From the NCBI GenBank assembly GCA_002269645.1, contig NIVC01001630.1, positions 193,331 through 257,330 of the forward strand: a DNA stretch of 64,000 nucleotides, written 5' to 3'. Position 1 is the first letter of the stretch. Each line of letters starts with the position of its first letter. A program made the translations under genes and the position numbers. The notes under the pieces are model-generated. The model was given only the letters and a program-made list of their open reading frames with translations, ran no database searches and was not told where the DNA came from. Shown piece by piece: positions 19,868 to 32,700 of this stretch. This stretch comes from Macrostomum lignano (lineage: Eukaryota).

Positions 19868-21760
19868 TTAGAATGTGCACAGAGTCTTGACAGATCGGCA
19901 GCAACCACTCTGACACTGTCCGCAGTAGGTCTTAGCGTTTCCAAGGTCATTATTGTCTCGCAGGTACTTGATATAGTCCTTCCATCCTGTGCACGTGTCG
20001 CCCCAGGAGTCACCCCAGAAGCAGCTCTCGTCGGCTTCGGGAGCGGAGGTGTCGCTAGCGCACTGGCCGTCCCAGTTGCAGCTCTTCTTGTTGCCGCAGG
20101 GTGTGCCAACGGGGGCCCGGAGACCGCCGCCAGTCACTCCGCTTGAAGAGCCGGCGGTCGGTGTGCAGAAGATCTTGGCGCAGATCAGTGCCGGATTAGA
20201 AGAGACGTCATCAGTGAGGAAGAACTTGCCCGGACTGGATGGATAGGCGAGGCGACACACCTGGTCCAGGGTCATGCGACCACCTTCGCGAGTCGTTGTA
20301 GCCACAGAGGAGTCTGGAGAGCCTTGACGCGACTTCAAGCACTCGGCCTTGCCTAATAAGTTGTAAATTTTATAACTATTTGTAATTTTTCAATAATTTT
20401 GCAAAAAGCCTGTATGTTAGATCAAGGACCACTATGAACACTAGGAACAAGTCTAGTAGTCCTTGTGTTAGATTTGTGCTGCGTACCTGTAGCCAGATAG
20501 TTTTTCATGAAGGTCACTGTGCAGGGAGAAAACCTATACGAGTTGGCGACGTCGCTAAGGGAGTATGACCCCGCAGAAGGCGACATTAGGAACTTGTAAG
20601 CCACTTTGCACGCCGGTTGGTCATTGTCGTGATCGGATCCCATGTTGTGGGCCAGCTCGTGAGACGCTGTGCCCCAGCTTTGCAAGCCCTGGTCCTCATT
20701 GATGCTAACTCGCGTGTCCTGACAGGCGCCTCCAACGTAAGCCATGCCGCACACTGCGGTGTTGCCGCCACTCTGGATATCCGTGCGCGTAAACGCCATC
20801 ACGTGATCGGCAGTCTTGCCAACGGCGTAAGACTTGATGTAGCCGAGGATTGCACTGGCGTCGGTTGCTGTTCAGTAGCGGATTGAGGAAGTGATAATTT
20901 AATAGATTTAGCTATTTCAGAATTATTAGCAAAATTTATCGTACTTACCGTCAGACGAACCAGCTGGAGGCATCCATTGCGAATCAGCCTGCGTCTTTGC
21001 CACGGTGAGGCCGGTGCACTTGACACTCATAGACGGGTTTCCGACGTTTCTGAACGCTGTATCGATTCCGTTCAAAATGTGCGTGTAATAATAGTGAAGC
21101 TCTGTCATAGCTGCAGCATCAGTGCTGTAAATTGTCTTAAACGCGTTCCACACAGTGTGGTCCAGAAGCAAAAGGAGCTCCACCTCAAGATCTGTAGCAG
21201 CTTGATTGGACTGACGCTTCTTGCGGCTCATTACTTGCATGACCTTCGACTTGTCAATCTGCGACTCAATACCGTCTGGCTGGGCAATGTTGCGTGTGAC
21301 TTGATGCTCTGAAGCACCGCTTGGCTTGACGAAATAGGATGTACCTTCGTGCATCACGTGACCGCTGAAGCGTTTCTTTCCCTTCTCGTGTCGAACACTG
21401 ATGACAGACTTGCTCTCGATGTCCCTGTAGTGAGCGTGACTCGCGTGGTGAGCTTGGCGAGCTGAAAAAGTCCTGGAGACTCCATTCTCTCTCACGGTCA
21501 TTGGCACACTCTCAAAGGCGTCAGTCTTTTCCAATGGAATGCGGACCTTCTTGTTCGTGCTGGGCAGCTGTACTTCGATCTCCATAGACGAAGGATGCGG
21601 TCCATCGTTGCTGGATCGAGTCACAGACACTGAAGCCTGGGCCGCAGCAACAGCGAGCAGAAATATGACTGCAAAATTGATAGATAATTACGCTGAAAAC
21701 TTGCTTCGATGTTTGTTGTGACACATGAATGATAAATCACTACTTACCAAGGCGCAGCAT
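19868..21760 (-). CDS. Secreted M12B (ADAM/ADAMTS-like reprolysin) zinc metalloprotease, copy 1
   Basis: Exons 21760-21748, 21668-20949, 20867-20487 and 20352-19868, all with phase-1 GT-AG introns. Signal MLRLVIFLLAVAAAQA, furin site SRKKR, HELAHNMGSDHD zinc motif, LMSP Met-turn, ADAM Cys-rich domain (TLDQVCR...CGNKKSCNWDGQC), Cys-rich tail. Confidence 0.9.
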
Positions 21761-23159
21761 TTTCAGAGCGCTGGTCAAAACGACAATTTGTAGGTTTCTG
21801 TTCCACTCAGACACAAGGTTTAAGTGGGCTTATCTTTATCGGCAAGGATCAACCACTGACCGTCTTCGTTTTTATGCTTTTGATCGCAGTTGTAGCGGAT
21901 ATTGGTTAAGCACAATTAATTCCTGGCCACGACTTTGGCAACAACGATTGCCAGCTTGGACTTGACCAACTATAGTCATTGAAATGCCAGAACTTACCAG
22001 TCCGGATATTAAATTCCGTAAATAAAAGATTACCCTTCCACGACCCATGACGCTACTAAAGATTTTCGAAAAAAAATGTTCGTGAGAGCGCATCTTCTCG
22101 GTCTCATAAATGCCATTAAAACTAAAAAAATCAAGCACCAGCAATTTCCGGGGATTGTTATTCCAACTGAAGTCGATCGTTTTTTTAAAATTCAATTCGT
22201 GTCGAACTTTCTTGAACACTTCGACACGTTCGAATTTAAGCTGTAGCATGAGATGCAGGGCAAAATTTCAAATCCATAGCATGCTTGATGGATTCGATCA
22301 GGCAACGAGTCAATAAACATTCTTGATTAGTAGAGTATAAATTTTATGCACTCCCAAATTTCAAAATTTAGGAAATATTACTACTCTATAATGTTAGCAT
22401 TTTAGCAAATCAGTTGCTTCGCAGAAGTTTCAGAGGGTTAAATGACTGGATTTTTCATGCTTGATGATACAACAACTGTTGAAAGGTTTGAAATAGCCGC
22501 ACTGTATAAACGCTTTGACATATCGTTGACAGCGAGCGTACGAGTCGTATATCAGTTTGAAGCTGTCCAGAGCACCCCGGGAAGAGTATGCATGACGCAT
22601 GGGAATGCAATTTTCTATATGTGAGCGTCCACACATTCCATTTCGTTTCCTGACTTGCACTAATTATTTTTTAACACTGCATCAAAGTATTTATACTTGT
22701 GGTTCGTCAAACCGACCATCGATCAGAATTCGTATTCACGAGCTTGTAGACTGCAATAAAAAAATTACAGACAAGAATTTCTGTAGCATTGGAGAATAAT
22801 TGTTCGATACTTTCGAATTTTCTTGGAAATAATCTATCGAGGTGAGACTTGAGTTTTTTTTAATTTTTTAATTTCAACAAAAACTTCTTGAGAGAAAAAA
22901 AAGTTAAGTATAATAGAGATAAGTATAGGCTAAAACTGGATCAATATGATAGATTGGGCAAGCATAACTCCACCCAAAGCTAGCTAGCTGGTAGCACTTG
23001 TTCAAGCACGAGTTAAAACAAGTTAAACTCAATACATAGAAATTTCACTTCCGTACATTGTCCGCATTCCACTGCGAGAACAGATCTTGCGTTTATAAAA
23101 AACTAAAAAAACGCTACTGGCAAAAAAGTATTAAAGATAATCATTTTATTCATACTTAA

Positions 23160-23862
23160 CACGCCTCCCCTGAAGAGAGAATTCGGTCGATAAAATATGC
23201 CCTGAAAACTACTGATTTCCCATGAATCCATGACCCAGCAGAAGTCCAAAAAAGCAATCCTAGAAATCCTATCGCATTGTCTGCACAGTGTACAGGTATG
23301 CAAAATATTACAGTGACTTTAGTTGATATCGGTATAGAATGAAACTAATCCATTCTGCCAGAGCCTCAGAAGTTGGCCTTTCATGGCTGAGTATCGCCTC
23401 AGGCCAATCGCACGGAATCGAACCAACTATACATGCATACATTTTTTCGCAAGAGGCAGCTGCTCAGCCTCTCAATTGCTTCATCAGTTGTTTATTATTA
23501 AAGTGCAGCCGAGCTCTGGCAGCCCGTCTCTATTCTGTCCAGCTCTCGGCCTGCCCAGGACAGTGCGGGACTCACATATAGGCTGATTTTGGATTTCACA
23601 CGGTTTATCTGTGCACTGCGGCTGCCTGGCTTTTTTATTGCATTTTGCACTTGGTGACCGGCACTTTAGCATTTCACTGCTGAGATTTGTCAACTCGAAA
23701 GCTCAGCTTCTCTACTCTCCATAAGATCCCAGCTCAGCTTCTTTGTTCTCTATCAGATCCCAGCTCAGATCATGCAGACTCTGCTGGGTCATGGATTCAT
23801 GGGAAATCAGAAGTTTTCAGGGCATATTGTATCGACCGAATTCTGTCTTCAGGGGAGGCGTG
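23160..23862. mobile_element. Non-autonomous TIR element with TTAA target-site duplication (piggyBac-like MITE, 703 bp)
   Basis: TTAA|CACGCCTCCCCTGAAG... at left and ...CTTCAGGGGAGGCGTG|TTAA at right; ~83-bp imperfect inverted repeats (23160-23242 vs 23780-23862). Confidence 0.8.
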
Positions 23863-24325
23863 TTAAGCCCATTCAATTAGAACTTTATAGCAATACAATC
23901 CGAACTAAAAGTTTTTGTACAATCAATTCTATCCAATCAATTTAATACAGCGTTTGTTGGTAAGTTTCGATAACAATACATGCATGCTCTCCAATAAATG
24001 TTTCGTTTAATCGTAGATTAACTTCATTCAGATACAGCCCAGAATAGCACTAACACAACTAACTAGTCCTACAAGCAACATGCGCTCAAGGACAACTATG
24101 TATGTTAGTTAAGTAGTCCTTGCATGCGCTGCGGCAGCTTTATAATTAATAAATTGCCACAATATTTTTACCAAAACAGACACGCCTTGACTGATTAGTC
24201 TTTCTTTTTATGCATTTATTCTCCTCTTTTGTATTTTTCTATCCGGTATGTTTCTATTAACGATGTAATAATCTCTATCTTCCGCTTCAGTGCCCGCACA
24301 CGCGGCAGCGAACCAAAGAAAACCG

Positions 24326-26317
24326 ATGAAAATGCTGAAAATAGGTGAGTTAACCACAGAACATACAGAAGCTCTGTGGAGTCAACTGCATATGCTTCAG
24401 GAAATTAATTACGTATGTTTACGAGTCGTACGTGCTCAATATTTTAGCTATATTTCTGGCCGTCTCTGCGGCAGCCCAGGCCTCGGTGTCCGTGACGCAA
24501 TCCAGCGGTGACGGACCTCACCCGTCCTCCATGGAGATCGAGCTCCAGCTGCCCGACACCGACAAGAAAGTCCGCATCCCGCTGACCAAGACTGCTCCGT
24601 TGGATGGCGCTGTGGTCACTGTGACGGACGGTGGAGTCTCCAGGACGTTCTCTGGCCGACAAGCTCAACACGGAGATCAAGCTCACTACAGAAACGTTGA
24701 TAGCAAGTCAGTGATCAGCGTTCGACACGAGAACGGCACAAAGCGCATCAGCGGTCACGTGATGCACGAAGGCACCTCGTATGTCATCCAGCCGATCGGC
24801 GACTCTGGGCACCGCGTCTCCAAAACCAGCGAAACCGCGGATGAGCCGCAGCCCGAGCAGTTGCTGAGTCGCAAGAAACGCCGAGTGAACCGAGAGGCTA
24901 CCGAATACGAAGTTGAGATCCACATCCTCATTGATCACACCGTTTGGAAGGCTTTCAAGACAATTTTCGGTACAGATGAAGAAGCCCTGACTGAGCTGCA
25001 CTTCTACTATTCTCACATTGTGATTGGCATGGACACGGTCTTCAGGAACATCGGCAGTCCGTCAATCAGTGTCAGGTGCATTGGGTTAACAGTAGCCAAG
25101 ACTGAAGCCGATGCAAAGTGGATGCCACCGGATAGCTCGGCTGATGGTACGCGCTTTAGTGCGCTTTTGTCTTACTTGACATACCTGAATTAGCTGCAGG
25201 GGGTTCTGGGCGTCCGGAAACAGCGAAAAGGCGTTGAGAGAGTAGTAATTTGAATAATGTGTAATTTAAAAACTATTTCAGCGTTGAAGTGTTCTCTCAA
25301 ACAGATTTTTTAGCAAGCGATGGTGGTGCCACTCTCGGCAGAATCCGAGCGTACTCGAAAGGCGACAGAGCCGATCACGTGATGGGCTTCACCCGGAGAG
25401 ATATTTCGCTAGGCAAGAACTCTGCGGTGACAGGAGTCGCTTTTGAAAATAGCGCCTGCCAAGAGACGAAGGTCAGCGTTGTCGAAGATTCCGGCCTCCA
25501 CAGCTGGATGACGGCCGCGCACGAGCTCGCGCACAACTTGGGGGCCAGTCACGATAATAACGAACCCGGATGCGAAATGGATCTGAAGTTCATAATGTCG
25601 CCTGCCGCTACATCCTACGATCTCAGCAACATAGCCAATTCCTACCGGTTCTCTCCGTGCACAGTGGGGCAGATCAGGACCTATCTCGACTCCGGTAAGT
25701 TTTTCGCGTTTCTTTGAGTTGTTTTATTTCTAAGGAATTGTCTAATTTGGAAATCAGAGCTTTTCTTAAGCTTTGACGCAAAGAAGTGAAAAACATTGAT
25801 ACGTCAAAAATATTTGAATGCCTAACCAGGAAAAGCAGCGTGTCTGCAGTCTCGTCAAGGCACCCCCGTCAGCCAACTGACAAGCTCTGTCCGCGAAGGA
25901 GCTCGCATGTCCCTCGATCAGGTGTGCCGTCTCAATTACCCATCGAGTCCCGGCAATATTTTCTTGACGGAGGACGTTAAAGCAAACCCGGCTCTGATGT
26001 GCGCCAAAATGCACTGCCTCTTGAAGGCCGACCACGCACACGGAACAACTAGCACCGGCTTCCGCGCCCCAGTCGGGTCGCCCTGCGGCAACAAGAAGAG
26101 CTGCAATTGGGACGGCCAGTGCGTTGCCGACGAAGCAGCACCCGCTGCAGACGAAAGCTGCTTCTTTGGCGACATATGGGGCGACCAATGTGGGGGGTGG
26201 AAAACCTACATCGAGTACCTGCGCAACACGGATCAAAAATCTCAACGCAGGAGCTACTGCGGCCAGACGCAAACGAATTGTTGCGCTAGTCTCAAGAATT
26301 TGTGTCGGTTTGATTAA
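24326..26317 (+). CDS. Secreted M12B (ADAM/ADAMTS-like reprolysin) zinc metalloprotease, copy 2
   Basis: Exons 24326-24344, 24448-25146, 25314-25694 and 25830-26317, same intron positions as copy 1. Signal MKMLKIAIFLAVSAAAQA, SRKKRR, HELAHNLGASHD, IMSP, ADAM Cys-rich domain; AATAAA at ~26468. Confidence 0.9.
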
Positions 26318-26913
26318 GCTTGGTGGGAAAAAAAGTTCCAAAGAAATTACCAAGCAACTCATAGAACTGCGAAAATAGATTGAAAACTTTTGGAGTAAAA
26401 TTTGGGATCTTGCTGAGTTATCAAAAATGTCTCGTTTTCTTCAATTTCGTGAAACTCTGACACCGAAAATAAAAAAATACGTTCATAAATTGATTGAAGG
26501 TAATACTTTTTAAAGTTTTAATATGAGTAATATGTACCGCATATTTAATTTTTATTCATTTTTATTTTAATCAAGTGTACTGCATTTCGAATTCGTTATA
26601 TTTTCTGCAGCTATATTTTAATTAAACAAATTTTATACAATTTAGCTTGCAACTTACAATATTTTATACAAAAGCTATTTAAAATGGAATACATCTCCTG
26701 CACCTCACGAAAAACTATATATAGGCTTGAAAATTTAATCAAACTTAATTAAAAGTAACTATTATACGAATATAATCCCTTGCAGAAGTAGCGATTCCGA
26801 TTAAGGTAGTCTTTTTCACTGGCACTTTTTCAGCAGCTAGAGCATCATGGCGGTGACCGATTAAAGGGGCGGTCGCATCGCACAGGAAGCCAGCTGCTTT
26901 ACTTTACTTTATG

Positions 26914-27125
26914 GTAACAGCGACTCAAAGCCCCGCTTCCGGCAGCGCCGTGCAAAGACAGTCTCTGGTAACAGCGACTCAAAGCCCCGCTTCCGGCAGC
27001 GCCGTGCAAAGACAGTCTCTGGTAACAGCGACTCAAAGCCCCGCTTCCGGCAGCGCCGTGCAAAGACAGTCTCTGGTAACAGCGACTCAAAGCCCCGCTT
27101 CCGGCAGCGCCGTGCAAAGACACAG
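26914..27125. repeat. 54-bp tandem repeat x ~4
   Basis: GGTAACAGCGACTCAAAGCCCCGCTTCCGGCAGCGCCGTGCAAAGACAGTCTCT repeated nearly identically. Confidence 0.9.
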
Positions 27126-28621
27126 CCATTTATATTTTTTTCCCTAGTGAGTAAAAACTTATTTAAACTGAATAATGAACGATGAATACGATGATTGCTA
27201 AGCATTAAATACTACTGTCAGTAAGATAAAATGTGCATGCAGTAATGGTTTTCTTTCCAATGTCACAGACACCATCGCTACTATCAGCGGGAGAAGTGCC
27301 GCCAGCGGCGACAGCAAAGCCGAGCTCCCAATTCAGAAAGCGAGCGAGTATTCAGTTGGATTCTCAGCCTCAAAAGCGGAACAACCATCGCCCCCGTTCA
27401 GCAAAGTCGAAAACCAACTACCGCACTGACTGCTCTCCCGAATCTGATGACGAAACCGAATCAAGTGGATCAAACTGGTCCGAAGATCAGCGAGAGCTGG
27501 ATGATGGACAATTTAAAATCAAAGCATATAATCAAAGCTTTGGTATTGGTATCAAAGCTGTATAAAAGCCCACATTTTCTTGTCTGGGGTCCAAGCAATG
27601 TGCATAAAATGTACTGCTATATACAGATACGGCAGAATATGCATGATCTGATCGTGATGTGAAAATTAAGCCGTTGTCAGTGCAAGAGTTACAAGATCCT
27701 CGCTTTGAAGCATATAATTTGAGCTTAGTATCTCATCAAAAGCTTTTTGCTCTTTTCTGTAACCTTCAGAGACCGCTGGCATTACACAAAGTTTACATTT
27801 GAAGAGCAATAAATTGACTATTAAATCACATCAATACGAAATATTTTTTGCCTTATAATATACACAATTATGTGGTTTTATGAAGTATTTTTTACTGTCT
27901 TTTAAATATAAAATAATTATGCAACACAAAATACGATAGCCATGAGTAAGTTAATGAAGTGCGCGGTTAGGTAGGCTCAATCAGTTGTTAATTTGAATTT
28001 GCTTTTTTAGGCCGTGCTGCATGTGTAATTAATTTTGAATGCACAATAAGCAAAAGCTACACAATACATAAAATATTAGAGTAAACATTATTTACAGAAC
28101 ACATACTATGTACATGTTCATGCAAAATGTTTCTACTTAACCTAAAGTATACAGATCTAGATATAGTCAATTACTTTATCAAATTCCGTTTGTAAATTTA
28201 GAGAATTACATGCATGGCTACAGAACTATATAGGTACTACCATCGCATGTATATGAATTAGAGTCAATATAGTTAAACAAAAAATGCCCACTCAAAACCG
28301 TTGGTCGAATATCAGTGTTTAGAAGTTTTTTCATGTACCTTTCTAGCATTTTTACGCATTTTGATTCCATTGTTTGCAGTCATGGATATGCATCGGTCAC
28401 ACGTGTCTGAAAGTTAGCGATTACGAATAGTTTTAATAATCTGGAGTTACTAAACAATAACTACATACCTGATTCAGCCTGTTCTAGAGATATGAATTCA
28501 GGCAGAAGTCTAAACCTCTTTCAAATATCTTAAAGAACCATGCGGATATAAAAAAGAGCTTCGGTACTTTAACTGAAGTGAAGTGGCGCCTCTTAAAGCG
28601 AAAAGCACGCTGCACCTTTCT

Positions 28622-29580
28622 GAAGTGTCAATCATCCTTCCCAAAGTGTCAACCATCCTTCCTAAAGTGTCAACCATCCTTCCCAAAGTGTCAACCATCC
28701 TTCCCAAAGTGTCAACCATCCTTCCCAAAGTGTCAACCATCCTTCCCAAAGTGTCAACCATCCTTCCCAAAGTGTCAACCATCCTTCCCAAAGTGTCAAC
28801 CATCCTTCCCAAAGTGTCAACCATCCTTGCCAAAGTGTCAACCATCCTTCCCAAAGTGTCAACCATCCTTCCCAAAGTGTCAACCATCCTTCCCAAAGTG
28901 TCAACCATCCTTCCCAAAGTGTCAACCATCCTTCCCAAAGTGTCAACCATCCTTCCCAAAGTGTCAACCATCCTTGCCAAAGTGTCAACCATCCTTCCCA
29001 AAGTGTCAACCATCCTTCCCAAAGTGTCAACCATCCTTCCCAAAGTGTCAACCATCCTTCCCAAAGTGTCAACCATCCTTCCCAAAGTGTCAACCATCCT
29101 TGCCAAAGTGTCAACCATCCTTCCCAAAGTGTCAACCATCCTTTCCAAAGTGTCAACCATCCTTTCCAAAGTGTCAACCATCCTTCCCAAAGTGTCAACC
29201 ATCCTTCCCAAAGTGTCAACCATCCTTCCCAAAGTGTCAACCATCCTTCCCAAAGTGTCAACCATCCTTGCCAAAGTGTCAACCATCCTTCCCAAAGTGT
29301 CAACCATCCTTCCCAAAGTGTCAACCATCCTTCCCAAAGTGTCAACCATCCTTCCCAAAGTGTCAACCATCCTTCCCAAAGTGTCAACCATCCTTCTCAA
29401 AGTGTCAACCATCCTTCCCAAAGTGTCAACCATCCTTTTTGAAGTGTCAACTATCCTTTCTAAAGTGTCAACCATCCTTTTTGAAGTGTCAACCATCCTT
29501 CATGTAGTGTCAACCATCCTTCATGTAGTGTCAACCATCCTTCATGTAGTGTCAACCATCCTTTTTGAAGTGTCAACCTC
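28622..29580. repeat. 21-bp minisatellite (AAAGTGTCAACCATCCTTCCC)n
   Basis: Tandem periodicity; explains the KVSTILP/MVDTLGR ORFs. Confidence 0.95.
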
Positions 29581-29727
29581 TTTTCAAATTAAAATCCTTT
29601 TTCCTGAACTGGTAGTTTTCGCCATTGTCCACCCCACTAAGGAGATAAATTGATGTTAAAAAGCTGTACTTTTTCACATATTGCCTAATATATGTATGCG
29701 AAAATATAACAGTTATATCCATAATTC

Positions 29728-32700
29728 TTACGAGCTTCTCCTTGCATCTTGCTGATCTTCTACTCCGGAAACAGCACTGGCTGCAGCAATGCCAACGCTC
29801 CCAGTTCCCGTACTATCAATAGTCGCCGGCTCAACATCAGTGAAACTACTCAAGTGAGTAGTATAACGCTGGTGCTGCTGCTGTTGCTGGTGATGATGAG
29901 TAACCGATATTGTTGTGGTCAATAACGACTCCATATCGCCGCTACTCCTAGTATAGTGTAATTGCTGGCTGCTATTGCTACTAATAGTTGAGTAGCTGCT
30001 GGTTGCTATGGCAACAGTTGCCGAGCGTTGTTGCTGTTGATGCACCGGATGCTGCTGATGATGATTACGCAATCGTACTGCGTCGACGCTGGTTTGAGGC
30101 TGCAGGGACGGAGCGCTGGGTTGCAGAGCGACCGTCTTCTGCTGCTGCAGCTGTTGTTGCTGCTGCTGCAGCTGTGCCGCAAGCAGAATCCTGGCCTGCG
30201 AAATTCGATCACTCCACTCGTCCGTTGCCTTCTGACTATCGCAGGCGAGGCACATCAGGCAGTCAACGCTGCCAAAATCAGTGAGAGCCACTAGAAGTAA
30301 GGAATCTGTGGAGAAGAAATTCGGTTTAAAATTCGGTTTCGGTTCGAAGAATCGAAGCATCCCAGCAACTCTCAATTGAGCCTTGGCATCTCAGCAACTC
30401 TCCATTGAGCCATGGCATTTCAGCAACTCCCACATTGACCCTGGCATCTCAGCAACTCTCAATTGAGCCATGGCATCACAGCAACTCTCCATTGAGCCAA
30501 TTGGCATCTCAGCAACTCCCCATTGAGCCAATTGGCATCTCAGCAACTCCCCATTGAGCCATAGCATCTCAGCAACTCTCAATTGAGCCTTGGCATCACA
30601 GCAACTCTCAATTGAGCCTTGGCATCTCAGCAACTCCCCATTGAGCCATGGCATCTCAGCAACTCCCCATTGAGCCATAGCATCTCAGCAACTCCCCATT
30701 GAGCCATAGCATCTCAGCAACTCCCCATTGAGCCAATTGGCATCTCAGCAACTCCCCATTGAGCCATAGCATCTCAGCAACTCCCCATTGAGCCATGGCA
30801 TCTCAGCAACTCTCCATTGAGCCGTGACATCTCAGCAAAATTATTTTAACCATATGTGGCCTTGGCATGATGGACGCTCGAAAAATTCTCAACAACCACG
30901 AGATGACTCGTATGCAGCATGTAGCTTTACTGTATTGAATCTGATTGAAACTCACTATTTGGGTCGCTCAGCTTGTGCAACACAAGCCGGTCCAGACGCA
31001 GCGGCGGTCTTAGCAACCGAAGACTGTTGCGCTTGCTGCTTTTGGCTAGGAGCAGCAGATCGGTGAACAGCAGGCACTTGGCGTCGTTCCACTGAGTTCG
31101 TAGGGTAGAATAGAAATTTTTGTTTAAAATGGTGGAACAAAAACATGTCTGATTTATTAATTTAATAGCCAGTGTAATAACTGTGCTATAATCTGTAAAT
31201 AGCTATATGTAGGATTTAGCACACTCAACCAGCTAAATGACTGCAAGATAATCAAGTAGCTCAAGTGGTCAAGGTGAATGCCTTGCTCACCTTCCCCTTT
31301 TCGTCCTTGAATCTGACGTCGCCTTCAGAGATTCTCCTCCTCAACTGTCCATTGTGCGGCATTGGCCTCATCAAGTTGAGCCTGTAGGACTCCAGCACAG
31401 TTGCAGTCTCGTCTCCCAGGCCGTCGATCCAGTCAGGCAGCTTGGCGTCCTCGATTCGATCCGCCACTCCTCGCAGCTCTGCCTGGTCGCATTTGGCCCG
31501 ATATGTGGAGTTCAACTCGTTGCAGAACGACGTCACGTGACTGATCTGTTGTCAAAAAATAAGAAACTCAGGCCCGTTGCGTATTGCAAAAATTATTTCA
31601 CAAGCGCGACATTTGCCCTGACTTTCTAATCGTCAACAAACCCTCAACCCTCAAAATGAATGCATGAGTTAATCAGCTCTTATCTAAGACAAATTTACTC
31701 ATGTCAAAAGTTAAACCAACCATCGATTCCAAAGCAAGCCGTTCCTCTCCATCTTCGGTGTGTCGCAGAATCTCCTGCAGCAGCAGGCCGTACTTCATCA
31801 CCCGCTGTAGGGGCATGGTGAGCAGTGAGCCAAGCTGCAGGTCCACCGCACCGTCCTCGGAGTTGTAATTTCGCTGGCTGACTCTCTGCGCCCACTGGAA
31901 CGAGTGGCGGTGGTCGCATAGTGAAATTTAATCTCGTAAATTTTTGTTAAAATGACTATTCAAACTCGAAAGTGAGATTAAGGCAACAATGCATTTGAAA
32001 TTAGGAGTGTAAAATGACGAAAAGTAAAATGGCGCCCAATACTGGGGAAAATTGGCGCTAAATGTTGGAGTAGAATGGCGCCAAATGTTGGGATCGAAAG
32101 GCGCCAAATGTTGGAGTAGAATGGCGCCAAATGTTGGGATGGAATGGCACCAAATGTTGGGGTAGAATGGCGCCAAATGTTGGGATGGAAAGGCGCCAAA
32201 TGTTGGAGTAGAATGGCGCCAAATGTTGGGATGGAATGGCACCAAATGTTGGGGTAGAATGGCGCAAAATGTTGGGATGGAATGGCACCAAATGCTGGGG
32301 TAGAATGGCGCAAAATGTTGGGATGAAATGGCACCAAATGTTGGGATGGAAAGGCGCCAAATGTTGGGATGGAATGGCGCCAAATGTTGGGGTAGAATGG
32401 CGCCAAACGTTGGGATGGAATGGCGTTAAATGTTGAGGTATAATGGCGCCAAATTTTGGGATAGAATGGCGCGTATATTTTGGTATAGTGGTACCTGAAA
32501 GTTTGAGTCGAATATCGTGAGCAAACACTACTTTAAGTAAATTTAATAGAATTTCAATTCGCAAATGACAGTTGTACCTTAAGAAAGTCTGCAAACACTT
32601 CGTTCTTTTCCAGAATCTTTAAGTAGTCCTTGGCCTCGGCAATTCGCAGGCAGTACTGCGCTGACGGGGCGAATATTTCGCGGAAACTCGTGAAGCCTCG

